A DNA stretch of 64,000 nucleotides from the human T2T-CHM13v2.0 reference genome, Homo sapiens. Location: NCBI GenBank assembly GCA_009914755.4, contig CP068257.2, positions 29,088,001 to 29,152,000 of the forward strand, in the 5' to 3' direction. Below the pieces are notes generated by a model. It worked only from the letters and a program-made list of their open reading frames with translations. It was not told the DNA's origin and did not search any database. Within the stretch, counting starts at the first letter, position 1. Every line of letters begins with the position of its first letter. Shown in pieces: positions 1-14,200 of this stretch. The position numbers were made by a program, and so were the translations under genes.

Positions 1-256
<256 letters not shown>

Positions 257-3200
257 TGTTTTTAATTGATACTTTATTTGAACCATCTTTTGCTGCAAAT
301 TATCCGTATTATGATGTATCATGTGTTTCTTTGCATATATGTCTCATGTTACCTATTTTAATATATGCAGTCTCTTTAAAAGTGAGAACCTTGTTATTAT
401 TTTTATTTTTTGTTTTATATTTTGCTCTGTACATTCTATACCCCTGCAAGCATCTTACTTTGTACAGGGAAATTAGAACTGCAATATGTATTTTATTGTG
501 GATTTTTTTTTCTATCATTTCATACACTTAAGTATCTGTTCCTTTTCAGACTTTTGACTTTCATGTGACTGTAAGGAATTGTGGTTGCTATTTTTCTCTT
601 GACCCAAAAATGCTGAGTTGCTCTGAAAAGTATTTCCTAACCATATAAGAATTCATTCGTATTCTGAAAATTTGTTTCTGCTTAATTTCCCGATTATTGA
701 TGACATATTATGTAATTATTTTCAGCTTTTCATTAGTAAAAATTCACCACATTAAGTCAAATGCAAAATTTATTGCAAATTTATTCATCTTTCCCATATT
801 TTCCCTTTCATTTTCTCAGCTAAGGTCTCATGTTAATAGCAGTGATGACCCTGTGCCACTTTAAGTAAAATTCGGAATTTGTATACCCCTAGCCTTCATT
901 TGTAAAGTATACAACTATGTCTTTGACCATAATAGCCCTCTCTGTAAAATCACCAATAAATTTCCAAAATATGTGATGGTAAAATTAAGTTTCATATTCT
1001 TCCCCCAGCTATTTTCTACTTCTTACCAAATATACTACTGACCTTTTAGGCCCATTTTTCTTTCTTGAATCAATGGTGTTATTTCTCTACCTGGAACATC
1101 ATCAAATCTGAAAATTTCCATTCCCACCTCTGAAAGTGGCTTAACTCCTATGTTCTCCATCCTCATGAAGATTTCTCTACGTCAGGGGAAAGAAAATGTG
1201 AATGTTCACATTCATTTGCCTGCAAATTTTTTTAAATAGAAAGAAGAAAATAAGCAATTTATTATTCTACTAGATATTTTATAATTCACTTTGTTAGATT
1301 TAATTTATCTCATTCTCCAAAATATTCATGTAAAAATTAAATACGATGATAATATTAATAGAAATACCTTTAGTTCAAAGTCAGCATCCATTTAATGTTC
1401 ACATTTAAATGCATATATAATTTATAAGAGTAGATTATATGCAAAAAATATTTAATCATTATAGATTTATGTAAAAATATATGTTTAATTTTGAAAAAAA
1501 GATTGTATTGAAAATAAGTCATATTTCTGTTGTGTTTTCCCTTCAGTCTCAGAAGATGAGGTATTTTTTTCTTCCTTCAAATTATTAGCTCTCCACCAAC
1601 GTGGTATCCTAACTTGTTTCTACTTTTATTGCTCTATGGCTCTATCTTCATCAGTCTCTTCAAATCTACTCCCTTCTTCTGCCTACTCTTCCCTAAGAGA
1701 TTTTTAATGTTTTCTTTTGCCAATGCCAGTCACATTTCTTCTCCATGGTTATCGTTGACCTCTGCTGCCACAAGGTATCATTTCCTCTACTTCCAACCCT
1801 TTTCAACACCATCCTCATTCTCTTTTTACAACTGTACCTTTCATGTGTTTTCTTCATTTATTCCTCTGACTCTACCCAAACTCTAACTAAGGAGCCCTTC
1901 CTAGATTCAATTCCTTGACTTTCTCTCTCTAAATTCTCTTATTAATTTCCCATTTGTACTCCCACTACAATGTCTGACTTACAGAAAGTGATCCATTAAA
2001 ACTTAAGGAATAAATGTGTGTGAGTAAATATTTTCTCTCACATTTACAGCTTTAAATAAAAAATTAATATCAGTTACTTTCAAATTGATATGTCGTGTAC
2101 TCTCCTTAAATATACAAATCTTAGCTAGATAATTTTTTTGAATGTATTATTACCTCAAATCAACATATCCAAAACCAGATACATCTCTCTGGCAAAACTA
2201 AATTTTAAAAATATTTCTCCCTGTTAATAACATTTCCTTTCTTGATGAATACCCACATTCAAAAGTACCACATTTATGCATTTGTTTATGTCACTGAAAC
2301 AAATCATTTTCCATACAAAATTTTGGTATCTATTTTCTTACTCTTACTGCAACAGGCTTAATTCTGGTCCTAATCTTCTCACTCTTGAACCCCCCCACCC
2401 CAATAAGTCCTTAGCTCCAGGAACTCAATGCATCTTTCGTTTCCACACTGTCCAACCTATTCTGCACATTGTTTCTAAATTTATATTTCCTACATATTAC
2501 TTTTATCATGCATTTCTTCTGCTTAATATTCTGAATCTCCTACTGTGCTAATTCTATATCCTCTGCCTGGGCTCACAGATCTCTCATAATATACCTCTTC
2601 CCCTAACCATTCCAAATCTGTTTACCACTCTAAGTCATGGTAATCATCACATTATTTGTTAAATACATTCATGTGCAAGACACCAACCATTTCCCCTAAA
2701 CAGCCGATTTAATGCCCATTCTGCCTCTGTCCCCAGTGACTCTCCCACCTTGAATTTCTGATTTTCTAATCTATTAATGCAGTTCTTCCAAGCCCAGTTC
2801 ATTTCCCCTTCGACAGAAGCTTTCTGCAGTTCCCGGAGTCCTCATTATCTTCCTTTCCTATGAACTCCTGCCAGTCTTTTCATCTGTGACACATAAGCTG
2901 TTATATCTCAAGTTTTGTTCTTTTCTACAAATAGGTATGTTAGTCTTGATCTTCCAAATGGATGGTTAGTTCTTTGATCTCAGCAACTATTCTCATCTAC
3001 ACAACACTATCATGGTGCTGACCAAACACATATTAAGTGCTCGATAAATCCCTGTTGATCACCTACTGAACCCAGGTGAAAAAATATATTTTCCATTAAT
3101 TCATTTGCTCCACTGCAATTTTTAAGAGTTAGAGTTTCTAAAAGTGGAGTGTATGGATCAGCAGTTATCAGCATCACTTGGGAATTTGTTAAAATTGCAG

Positions 3201-4065
3201 ATTTTGAGGTTCTACCCAAAACCTACTAAATCAGAAGGTCTAGGAGTAGGACCCAAAAACTCTATGTTTTTCAAGCACTCTGGTTAATTTAATACACACT
3301 ATCATTTCAGAACCACTGCCATAGATCAATCGTCTTGTCCTCATAACAAGGTCTCTAGATAAAATAGCAGTGGCCAACACAAAAGGTTAATGGCTTACTG
3401 AGCTTTTATTTTTGAGGACATTCTGACCTGTTTAAAACCAGACAAGTGGTGATTAGCAGTGTACTTTCTGTGATTCACAAAGCTTAGACAATAATGGAAA
3501 CAGGCTATTTGAGCAATCAGTTATCTAAATGAATCTAAAAGGTTTTGCTGTGAAGGTTAATATTCCATGTTTTATCTAACATTTGCCTTGTACCCTCCGC
3601 CAAAATTGGTTTAATGTGCAGTTCTGAAACTGGAATCTAAAGTGCAGAGGTTATTGTGGAAAGCTCAATCATCTAGCTGCTACATAAGTCTGAATATTTG
3701 TAAAGGTTTTAGAACCCAAATGTTAGATTTTAAGTTTATCATCCACCATCCTTTATGCATATCTTACCAGCTCTGAATAGGGGTGAGATAAGGAACAGAG
3801 ATCACAGACTCGAGCTGAGGACCCTAGAGAGACTATCTCATGCTCAGGTTTAAGAGAAATTCAGGGGACTCAATGTTGATCTGTATTCTGTTCAGGGGAC
3901 AAAGTTACCCAAAGGGAAGCCATAAACCCCAGGGCCTTAGCAGTTAATCTCACTTCCACCTAGTTCAATGGTGTGTTACGGTCCTCCCAAGAAAAAATAA
4001 CAGTAGGATGTGTGTGTCTACATGTAAGTATGTGTATACACATACCTACAGGATGCATGAAGGAA

Positions 4066-4072
<7 letters not shown>

Positions 4073-4100
<28 letters not shown>
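4073..4100. repeat. (CA)n microsatellite
   Basis: acacacacacacacacacacacacaca seen directly, immediately 5' of the GA tract. Confidence 0.9.
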
Positions 4101-4114
<14 letters not shown>

Positions 4115-4438
4115 AGGAAGAGGTGGAAGAGTGAGGGAGAGAGAGGCAAAGAGGAATGAGAGAGAGAGGAGAGAAAGGGAAAGAGAGGGAGGAGAGAGAA
4201 AAAAGAGGGAGAGTGAGGGGGAGAGAGAAAGAGGAGAGTAGAGAGGGAGAGAAAAGAGAGAGAAAAGTGGGGAGGGAGAAAAGGAGGAGGAGTAGAGAGG
4301 AGAGAGGCCAGAAGGGAGATAAGCGGGGAGAGAGAGAAGAGAGAGAAGCAAGGAGAGGGAGAGAAATTGGGGGACAATAAAGAGAGAGAGAGAGAAAGGG
4401 AGGGAGGGATACAGAGAGACAGAGCGAGAGAAGAGGCA
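4101..4438. repeat. ~340 bp polypurine/polypyrimidine tract, imperfect (GA)n/(GGA)n/(GAGAA)n
   Basis: The + strand is almost exclusively G/A for >330 nt (gagagagagagagaaggaagaggtggaagagtgagggagagagagg...). The track 'ORFs' 4008-4609 are translations of this repeat. Confidence 0.9.
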
Positions 4439-6369
4439 GATTTTAAAGCATTGGCTCACATGATTGTAGGGGCTAGCAAAATCAAAATCTGCTGAGCAGG
4501 CTGGAGACCCAGGGAAGAGCTGATCTTGCAACTTGAATGTGAACTCAGGTTGAAGGCAGATTTCCCTCTTCCTCTGGTAGACATCACCCTTTTCTCTTAA
4601 GGCCCTCAACTGCCTGGAGGAAGCTCACCCACATTATGGAAGGTACGTGACTTTTCTCAAGTCTGCTGATTAAATGCCAACCTTATCTGAAAAATATCAT
4701 CATAGCAACCTTTAGACTGGTGTTCGACCAAACATTTGGTCTTTGTAGCTTAGCCAAGTTGACGCATAAAATCAGTCATCAACCGTAAGTCAGAAGCTGA
4801 ACTGCCTGAATCCTCAGTCATTGTTATAATTTGCATTCTCCACACAAATTTAACTACAGAGATACTTTTGAACTTTAATCTCAATCAAATGGAAAGTACA
4901 CATTTCCAGGTGGAAGAAAAGAAAGATGGTTTGGCAATTTGGGGAAAATTCTCACTTCTGTGGTCTGGGGCACAATTCTTAGCCAACTTTGAGGTGATAG
5001 GGATATCTTCTCAATCATGGATGTGCATTGTATTTCGTGGGAAAACTTTAATAAAATGCCAGTACTCCCATCTCAGACCAATAAAACCAAAATCTCAAAG
5101 GTGGGACTCAGGTATTGCCATTTAATGGAATCTGACATGCATTCGGATTTGAGTCACTGCTCTAAATAAAGGAAAGCTTCAAATAAATCTGAAAGTGCAA
5201 TATCTGAGAAAAGCAATGAATCTGAAATCAAATCAGTCTGAAAGCACAATATCTGAGAAAAGCAATGAGTAGGTACAAGGGGATTGAAAGGCATGGGGAG
5301 TGGATGCTGCAAGGCTGAGAAACTTACAGGTAAAAACCATCTCCAACAATGGCGTGGCTGCATTGGAGGCTTTCCTTTCAGCTTCTCTGATCTGTTTTCT
5401 CTATTCCTTATCTTTTCTTTTCCATCTTCTCTTCCTTTTAAGTTTTAGGAATGGCAATGACATTGAATTAGGGTTGATGGTGGAGTTTTACCTTTGTTCT
5501 CTAACTACTTCTAAGTTTTGGAAGAAACAGGAGGACCCATGTTTCTTCCAAAACTTAGAGGTAGAATTGGAAAACGGGTGAATGTTTTCTTCCAGAACTT
5601 AGAGGTGAATGTGGGAAACAGATGAATGCTGGATTACGAAGTCCCAGTGAGGGAGTGGGCTTCAGGAGGTGAAGGTGTACTTCACTGGGATAGCACACAT
5701 GAAAGGGTATTGAAGATTTGGCAAGGCTTGCTTTTTTGTGAAACATGGCTGGATAGGACTTCAACTTCACAGAGTTGTAGGCTATTCAAAAATAGTCCAG
5801 GAACCAGCAGCATTAGGATCACTGTAAACTTGTTAGAAAGGCAAATTCTCAAGCCCCACCCAGAAAAACTGAATCAGCATCTCTGGAATCAGCATGTCTG
5901 AGGCCCAGAAATCTGTTTCAGCACAGTCTCCAGTGATTCTTATGCATGCTGAAACTGGAGAACCATAGCTATAAAATAAATGAGTGAAGAGTCTGCTGTC
6001 TTGACTTCATCCTGTTTCCAGTCTATTCACTACGAGATTTTATTGGTATTTATTTTGGTGTATTTATTTATAACCAATACCCTTGAGAAATTTATTATTT
6101 ATTTTTAATATTTTTAGCTGTTCTTTTAGGTTTTCTGAGTCAATAGCCAACTCACCTAGTCTTACATTAGCTGCATGCATTATTTCATCTTATTACCTTA
6201 TTAATTTTTTTAAATGGTGATGGTGGACACCATTATCTTACTCATTTGTGGGAATTTTTAGGATTTCAACCATAAACTTGATGTTAAAATTTGTCTTGTA
6301 AAAGATAAATATTCCTCACAAATTTTACTAATCACTTTTTTTTTTTACTGTGAATGGACGCCGAATTTC

Positions 6370-9300
6370 ATTTAAAAAGAACGGAAATCATAACAAACAG
6401 TCTCTCAGACCACAGTGTAATCAAATTAGAACTCAGGATTAAGAAACTCACTCAAAACTGCACAACTACATGGAAACTGAACAACGTGCTCCTGAATGAC
6501 TGCTGGGTAAATAATGAAATTAAGGCAGAAATAAATAATTTCTTTGAAACCAATGAGAACAAAGACACAATGTACCAGAATCTCTGGGCTACAGCTTAAT
6601 CAGTGTTTAGAGGAAAATTATTAGCACTAAATACCCACAAAAGAAAGTGGGAAAGATCTAAAATCGACACCCTAACATCACAATTACAAGAACTAGAGCA
6701 GCAAGAGCAAATAAATTCAAAAGCTAGCAGAAGACAAGAAATAACTAAAATCAGAGCAGAACTGAAGGAGATAGAGACACGAAAAACCCTTCAAAAAAAT
6801 CAATGAATCCAGGAGGTAGTTTTTTGAAAAGATGAATAAAATAGATAGCACGCTAGCCAGACTGATAAAGAAGAAAAGAGAAGAAGCATCAAATAGACAC
6901 AATAAAAAATGATAAAGGGGATATCACCACAGATCCCACAGAAATACAAACCACCACCAGAGAATATTATAAACATCTCTACACACAAAAAACTAGAAAG
7001 TCTAGAAGAAATGGATAAATTCCTGGACACACACACCCTCCCAAGATTAAACCAGGAACAAGTTGAATCCCTGAATAGACCAATAACAAGTTCTGAAATT
7101 GAGGCAGTAATTGATAGCCTACTAACGAAAAAGAAGCCCAGAACCAGACGGATTAACAGCTGAATTCTGCCAGAGGTACAAAGAGGACCTGGTACCATTC
7201 CTTCTAAAATTAATCCTAACTATAGAAAAAGAGGGACTCCTCCCTAACTCATTTATGAGGCCAGAATCATCCTGATACCAAAACCTGGCAGAGATACAAC
7301 AAAAAAAGAAAACTTCAGGCCAATATCCCTCATGAAGATTGATGCAAAAATCCTCAATAAAATACTGGCAAACCAAATCCAGCGACACATCAAAAAGCTT
7401 ATCCTCCACGATCAAGTCAGCTTCATCCCTCAGATGCAAGGCTGGTTCAACATACGCAAATCAATAAACGTAATCCTTCACATAAACAGAACCAATGACA
7501 AAAACCACATGATTATCTCAATAGATACAGAAAAAGCCTTGGATAAAATTCAACACACTTCATGCTAAAAGCACTCAATAAACTAGGTATTGATGGAATG
7601 TATCTCAAAATAATAAGAGCTCTTTATGACAAACCAGCAGCCGATATCATACTGAATGGGCAAAAGCTGGAAGCATTCCCTTTGAAAACTGGCAAAAGAC
7701 AAGAATGCCCTCTCTCACCACTCCTATTCAACATAGTGTTGGAAGTTCTGCCCGGGGCAATCAGGCAAGAGAAAAAAATAAAGAGTATCCAAATAGGAAG
7801 AGAAGAAGTCAAATTGTGTCTGTCTGGAGATGACGTGATTGTACATTTGGAAAACTGCATCGTCTCAGCCCAAAAACTCTTTAAAGTGATAAGGAACTTC
7901 AGCAAAGTCTCAGGATACAAAAATCAATGTGCAAAAATCACAAGCATTTCTATACACCAATAATAGACAGAGAGCCAAATCATAGTAAACTCCCATTCAC
8001 AATTGCTACAAAGAGAATAAAATACCTAGGAATACAACTTAAAAGGGATGTGAAGGACCTCTTCAAACAGAACTACAAACCACTGCTCAAGGAAATCAGA
8101 GAGGACACAAACAAACGGAAAAACCTTCCAGGCTCATGGATAGGAAGAATCAGTATCGTGAAAATGGCCATACTGCCCAAAGTAATTTATAGATTCAATG
8201 CTACCCCCATCAAGCTACCATTGACTTTCTTCACAGAATTAGAAAAAACTACTTTAAATTTCATATGGAACCAAAAAAGAGAGTATATAGCCAGGACAAT
8301 CCTCAGCAAAAAGAACAAAGATGGAGGCATCACACTACGTGACTTCAAAGTACACCACAAGGCTACAGTAAACAACACAGCATGGTACTGGTACCAAAAC
8401 AGATACATAGACCAATGGAACAGAACAGAGGCCTCAGAAATGATGCCACACGTTTACAACCATCTGATCTTTGACAAACCTGACAAAAACAAGCAACGGG
8501 GAAAGGATTCCCTATTTAATTAATGGTGTTAGGAAAACAGGCTAGCCATATGCAGAAAACTGAAACTGGACCCCTTCCTTACACCTTACACAAAAATTAA
8601 CTCAAGACGGATTAAAGACTTAAACATAAGACCTAAAACCATAAAAACCCTAGAAAAAAATCTAGGCCATACCATTCAGGACACAGGCATGGGCAAAGAC
8701 TTCATGACTAAAACATCAAAAGCAATGGCGACAAAAGCCAAAATTGACAAATGGGATCTAATTAAATTAAAGAACTTCTGCATAGCAAAAGAAACTGTCA
8801 TCAGAGTTAACAGGCATCCTACAGAATGGGAGAAAGTTTTTTCAATCTACCCATCTGACAAAGAGCTAATATCCAGAATATACAAGGAGCTTAAACAAAT
8901 TTACAAGAAAAAAAAAACATCAAAAAGTGGGTGAAGGATATAAAAAGACACTTTTCAAAAGAAGACATTTATGCTGCCAACAAACATATGAAAAATAGCT
9001 CATCATCACTGGTCATTAGAGAAATGCAAATCAAAACCACAGTGAGATACCACCTCATGCCAGTTAGAACGGCAATCATTAAAAAATCAGGAAACAACAG
9101 ATGCTGGAGAGAATGTGGGGAAATAGGAACGCTTTTACACCGTTGGTGGGAGTGTAAATTAGTTCAACCATTGTGGAAGATAGTGTGGCAATTCCTCAAG
9201 GATCTAGAACTAGAAATACCATTTGATCCAGCAATCCCATTACTGGGTATATACCCAAAGGATTATAAATCATTCTACTATAAAGACACATGCGCAAGTA

Positions 9301-9760
9301 TGTGTATTACAGCACTATTCACAATAGCAAAGACTTGAAACCAACTCAAATGCCCATCAATGATAGACTGGATAAAGAAAATGTGTCACATATACACCAT
9401 GGAATACTATGCAGCCATAAAAAAGAATGAGTTCATGTCCTTTGCAGGAACATGGATGAAGCTGGAAACCATCATTCTCAGCAAACTAACACAGGACAGA
9501 AAAACACACCACATGTTCTGACTCACAAGTGGGAGCTGAACAATGAGAACACATGGACGCAGGGAGGGGAACGTCACATACCAGGGCCTGTCGGGGCTTG
9601 GGGACTAGGGGAGGAATAGCATTAGGAGAAATACCTATTGTACATGATAGGTTGATGGGTGCAGCTAACAACCATGGCACATGTATACCTATGCAACAAA
9701 CATTCACGTTCTGCACATGTATCCCAGAAATTAAAGTATAAAAAAAATTAGTTTTAACTA
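6370..9760 (+). mobile_element. L1 (L1PA-like) LINE, 5'-truncated: ORF2 from ~aa 295 (end of EN domain) through RT and C-terminal domains plus 3'UTR with short A-tail
   Basis: Consecutive track ORFs 6354-9338 translate to recognisable L1 ORF2 protein: [28 protein letters not shown]...[23 protein letters not shown]...[12 protein letters not shown]...[17 protein letters not shown]...[17 protein letters not shown]...[19 protein letters not shown]...[19 protein letters not shown]...[42 protein letters not shown]...[15 protein letters not shown]. The ORF is broken by several frameshifts and stops. It ends ...catgtatcccagaaattaaagtataaaaaaaa. Confidence 0.92.
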
Positions 9761-12700
9761 ACATCCAAAATGGATTAACAGTTCATCAATTAAAAAAGTC
9801 TTTGCAACATGAATGAATACTTTTCATCTTCTTTAAACTAATCATGTGAATTCACAATATGCACTCTCCCAGCAGTTTTAGAATGAGCACTACTTAGTGA
9901 AGGGTCTTTTGAAATATAATTGTAACTATATGTAAAATACAACTGTTTTCTATAACATTTTACCTTTTTGCCTATATAATCAAAATGAAAGTATTATTTA
10001 TGTGCTCAGTTTCACAAGTTTGGAAGCTTTCCTACCTTTTCCTGTGATCTATAGATTACTCAAACTCTTCAGAATTGTCTCTTCCTTGAAGTCTTTGAAG
10101 CTATCTGGATAGCTTTTAGGGGTAGGTGTAGAACAATTTCCTCAAGAATTTCATAGATACTAAACTACATATATTTCCTATCTATTTTAGCAACATTCAG
10201 CAATTTAGGTCTTCCTGGAGAAAATACATTTTTCTAGATTTTAACATTTTTAACATAAATCAATAGAAAGTATTACCCAATAGCTTTGACTTCTGTGTCA
10301 GCTGGCTTTGTCTTCTTATTTATCCCTAATTTGTGTGCTTGCCTGTTTTTTTCCTTCTTTGAAAAACCACTTAGATATTTATCACCAAGGTACAAAAAGC
10401 TCTTGGATTTATTATACTTTATACTGCTTTTCAGTTTTCTATTCATTAATTTTAGCTAAAATTATTTTCTCCTGCTTTTTTTGTCTATTTTTTCTTTATA
10501 TAAATTTTCAAATTCAGTAGCTTTTTGTTCCATTTTTACATTTATATAATAAGAATGTAATAAAGGCGCTTAATTCTATAACTTTCCTGTAAATACAGCT
10601 TTGGCAATATACCAGAGGTTTTTATATGCAGTCTCCTTGCTTATTAAATTTTAATTTATTTTCTTCTTTGACTACAAAATTGTTTATTCTCACATTTTTT
10701 AACACTATTTTTCTTCTGTTATTTATTTCTAGCTTTCTAATATTGTTCCCAGTGTCTATAACCTACACTAATTCTATCTTTTGGAATATATTGATGTTCA
10801 ATTAAAAAAAAAACCTTACAAGTGCTTAAAAGAAGGTGATTTTCTGTAGTGCATGGAGTTTATTACATAGTTTTGAAATCTTTTTAATTTCCCATTCATT
10901 TATCTGTGTTCAATGTAATCTTTTAAGGACTAAAGGAGGCAATTAGTTTCACACTAGTACTGATTTTCTGCCAATATCTCTAGATACAACATTTACTTTG
11001 GTTTTGACTTTATAGATTTCAATACTATGTCACTTGTTGAGTTACATTTCAGTAAAATATAAGCCTCCTTTGTAATTGTTTAAACATGTTACATTTATTT
11101 AAAGTTTCATATTAAATTTGCAAACATTTTTATATTTGTTCCATTTGATAACTAATCTTCACATTTAATTTTTAACTTCTGATTTATTTTTACATGTGAG
11201 TCTCATAGAAATTATGTAATAGTATTTGTAGTTTGCTTTTGTATTTACTCAATTTATGTATTTATTTGAAAAGCTAAATTTGTCATGTATATTTGTATCT
11301 TACTTCTGTCTCTTAATATAACATTTTGTTTTACATCCTTCCTTTTTGTGTCCTTTATTTTCTCTATTTTGTTTTATAGTCTGGGTTTCTTCTATTTCCG
11401 ACATCCCCAAATTACCTTTATTTTTATTGTTATATTCACTGAACATTTTCCTAGTTTTCTAATTATTTTTACTCTTAGCACTTAATTTATTTCTTTAGGT
11501 TTTAGACATATGTTAATTATCTATACTAAACTGTATGTTTAAATGGTTTTAATACTTAACATTACCCCTTGGAACCAAAACTCTCCTATTTATCAATTAT
11601 TTGTTCCTATTCAACCTTCAGTTGAGTAGTGTATATCTTCAAGTAGTTTTGGGGTTTTTTTAATTGTTTTACCTTGCTTTGTTTTTCCATTTTCCAAGTT
11701 ACATTAGTAATCCTTCCTGGAGGTTTGCATATTTGAAAATAATTTAATGTTATCTCAATCTATGAACAATATTGGGGTAAGGTTAAAATTCTTGATGTAG
11801 CAACTCTTTTCCTCAAGATATTGTAGTTGATATTCTATTTCCTTCTGATTTCCTAGCTATGGAAGAAAAGGACAGAATTGTTACTGTTCTCTTTAGATGG
11901 CTCTCCCTAGTCCCATGTAGGTTTCGGTTTATTCATGAAGTTCAATAATCCTGGTAAGTTATGTTTTGTTGTTTCTGCTTTTCATTTATCTTGATGAACA
12001 TTGACAACTCTTGTTATCAGTAGATTTAATTTTTTCAATTTAATAAAATTTTCACCTACTGTACCATTTAATGTTTTTGTTTCTTTTTTTTTTCAATTGT
12101 TTTCATTGAAGATACCTGTTATGCTTGTTTTGGAGTGCCGTCATCTTCTGGACAACATCTAATTGGATGCTACCACCTTCTGGTCACTTTGTTCACCATG
12201 ACTATTTGTTGGATTCAATATTATATTTTTCATGTCTATCCTCTATCACTGATACATTTTTATTCATATTATTTTCTTTCTTTCTTCACTTTAAAATCTT
12301 TTCTGATATTATTTCTTCCCTCACTTTATTTTCTAATTCTACCAATACCTTTTCTTATCTCAATATAGTGACTTATTTAATTTGGTATTGAGTTGATCTT
12401 CTTAATTTTTTTTTGGTATTAAGCAATACATTCTAAATTTTTCTTCTGGTTCCTAGTGTAAATCATTTTCAGAAATATTGTTCTGTGTATGTTTTTAGTA
12501 ATATATTAATCTTCTTTGTTGTTGCAAAACATTTACAACAGTCCCATGCTGTGGTGTGTTTTTTATTCTTTTTGGGAAAGTTCATTCAAGGTTACTATCT
12601 TTCATTAAGTCTTTTTTGTTAATCTGGGAAATACCCGAATCCATTCCATCTCCATATCTGGATTAAAACCTGCAATTTCACCACCATCTTATTCTGAATT

Positions 12701-14094
12701 TTTTCCTTTTCCTTTCCTTCGGTGCTTTGAAATAGCTCCAACTATGCCAAAGATATTTTAAAAATAAATGACTTACTTCACAAAAATACAGATATCTATA
12801 TATTTGTGGAAAAGGCTGATTGGCTTAGGTAAAATTGTTACTAATTATGCAATTTGTACTAAATGGAATTTAAAAATCAATGGTAAAACCCAGGAAACTT
12901 GTAAAAGACCTTAGATTTAGAAATATTTGCTTGAGGCAATTCGCTAGGCTTCTGAGGGCGAATATTTCAAATCATGTTATTGCTACTGCAGTCTCTCTTC
13001 ATCACCATACTAAAGGTGTCTATAAGCCATTATTTCTTATCACAAAAGCTGCCAATATAAAAATCAAAGCACAACAAATAGCAAAACACACTGTGTCTCC
13101 TGCTGTAAAACCTGCTGTGGATGCAGATGTGTGTCCACTTTGAAGTGTCAAGAACTAACCAGAAATTTTGAAATGTTTGTGAATAGATGCTTAATTTTAC
13201 CTAAAACCAAATAAGCAATACTGTAGTTGATTCGCTTATAAAAGGTAACCTATTATTGGCTTACAACCAATAAATGATTATGTTATAAAAGGTAATCATT
13301 CATTGGATTACAACCAATAAATGTTCTAAGATATACAAAAAGCAGACTTCCTATCACAAAGGAAACTTTATTAGAAATCTCATTCTAAGCTCCTATTCTT
13401 AGAATATTATGATCACAACAATGCAGAATCAACAAATACAAGTGGTTTTTTTTCTGAGTGTCTGAGTTTTTATGTCTTCCAAAAATAAGGTATAAATTCT
13501 AAAAACTGAAATCTTTTCATTGATTTGCAAGTACTTAACAATAAAATGTTTGAAAGTGACTCTCAAACTTGTATGGAGAGGAAGAGTATTTACATGCAAG
13601 GACAAAGAAGGAAACTATATATAAGAAGATGAAGTCAAATATACAGAATGTGTTGGAATTCACAATCTGGGATAAAAATAAATGGCACCTTAGGTCACTA
13701 GATAGTCTATAGCCAGAGCAACTAGAACTGTATGGACGTCAAGAGAAGACTCCTACCCCACAGACTCAACAGGAGCCAGAGGCATCACTTTCACCAGCAC
13801 TGCACAAGCACGCTGGTTGGTTTCCACACCTCTCTGCCAGCAACAACCGTAAAAACTGTTACCTGTCTGATGATAAATAAAATTAAAATAGTATGGATTT
13901 TTTTATTTTGAATTTTCCTAACTACGAGTGGATTTGAATATCTTAATATGTTTGGACTATTGTACTTCTCTTACATAGAATGTCTACTTATAATCATCTG
14001 CCTATTTTTCTATTGAGTTATATAACTTTCTATATATTAAGACATTAATATTCCTGTATTATCCCCATTCGTCTCTGGGTTTCTGTTCATGATA

Positions 14095-14200
14095 GAGGTC
14101 TCCATTGTGTGTGTGTATATGGACGTGTGTGTGTATAATGTGTGTGCATTTGTGACTGTGTTGTGTGTGGATGTGTATGTGTACTCCCTTGGTTTTTCTT
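14095..14200. repeat. imperfect (TG)n-rich simple repeat
   Basis: gtgtgtgtgtatatggacgtgtgtgtgtataatgtgtgtgcatttgtgactgtgttgtgtgtggatgtgtatgtgtac. Confidence 0.7.

Noticed and set aside
4008-4609. Track ORFs translating to poly-Glu/Arg/Gly or Ser/Leu/Pro proteins
   Set aside because: They are translations of the (CA)n/(GA)n simple-sequence tract on either strand, not genes.
6354-9338. Chain of eight 60-200 aa + strand ORFs
   Set aside because: They are pieces of one frameshifted L1 ORF2 (endonuclease tail, reverse transcriptase and C-terminal domain). It is a retrotransposon relic, not a host gene, and not intact enough to be retrotransposition competent.
10000-12700. Long T-rich, low-complexity stretch with many Phe/Leu/Ser-rich + strand ORFs. 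It might be antisense remnants of an ancient L1 5' region.
   Set aside because: I could not align it confidently to L1 ORF1 or ORF2 by eye. It is left unannotated rather than guessed.
12880-13143. 87-aa + strand ORF (MVKPRKLVKDLRFRN...)
   Set aside because: There is no start-context, splice-signal or similarity support. It sits in AT-rich intergenic sequence whose length is consistent with chance, next to a small 42-bp tandem duplication (13230-13320).
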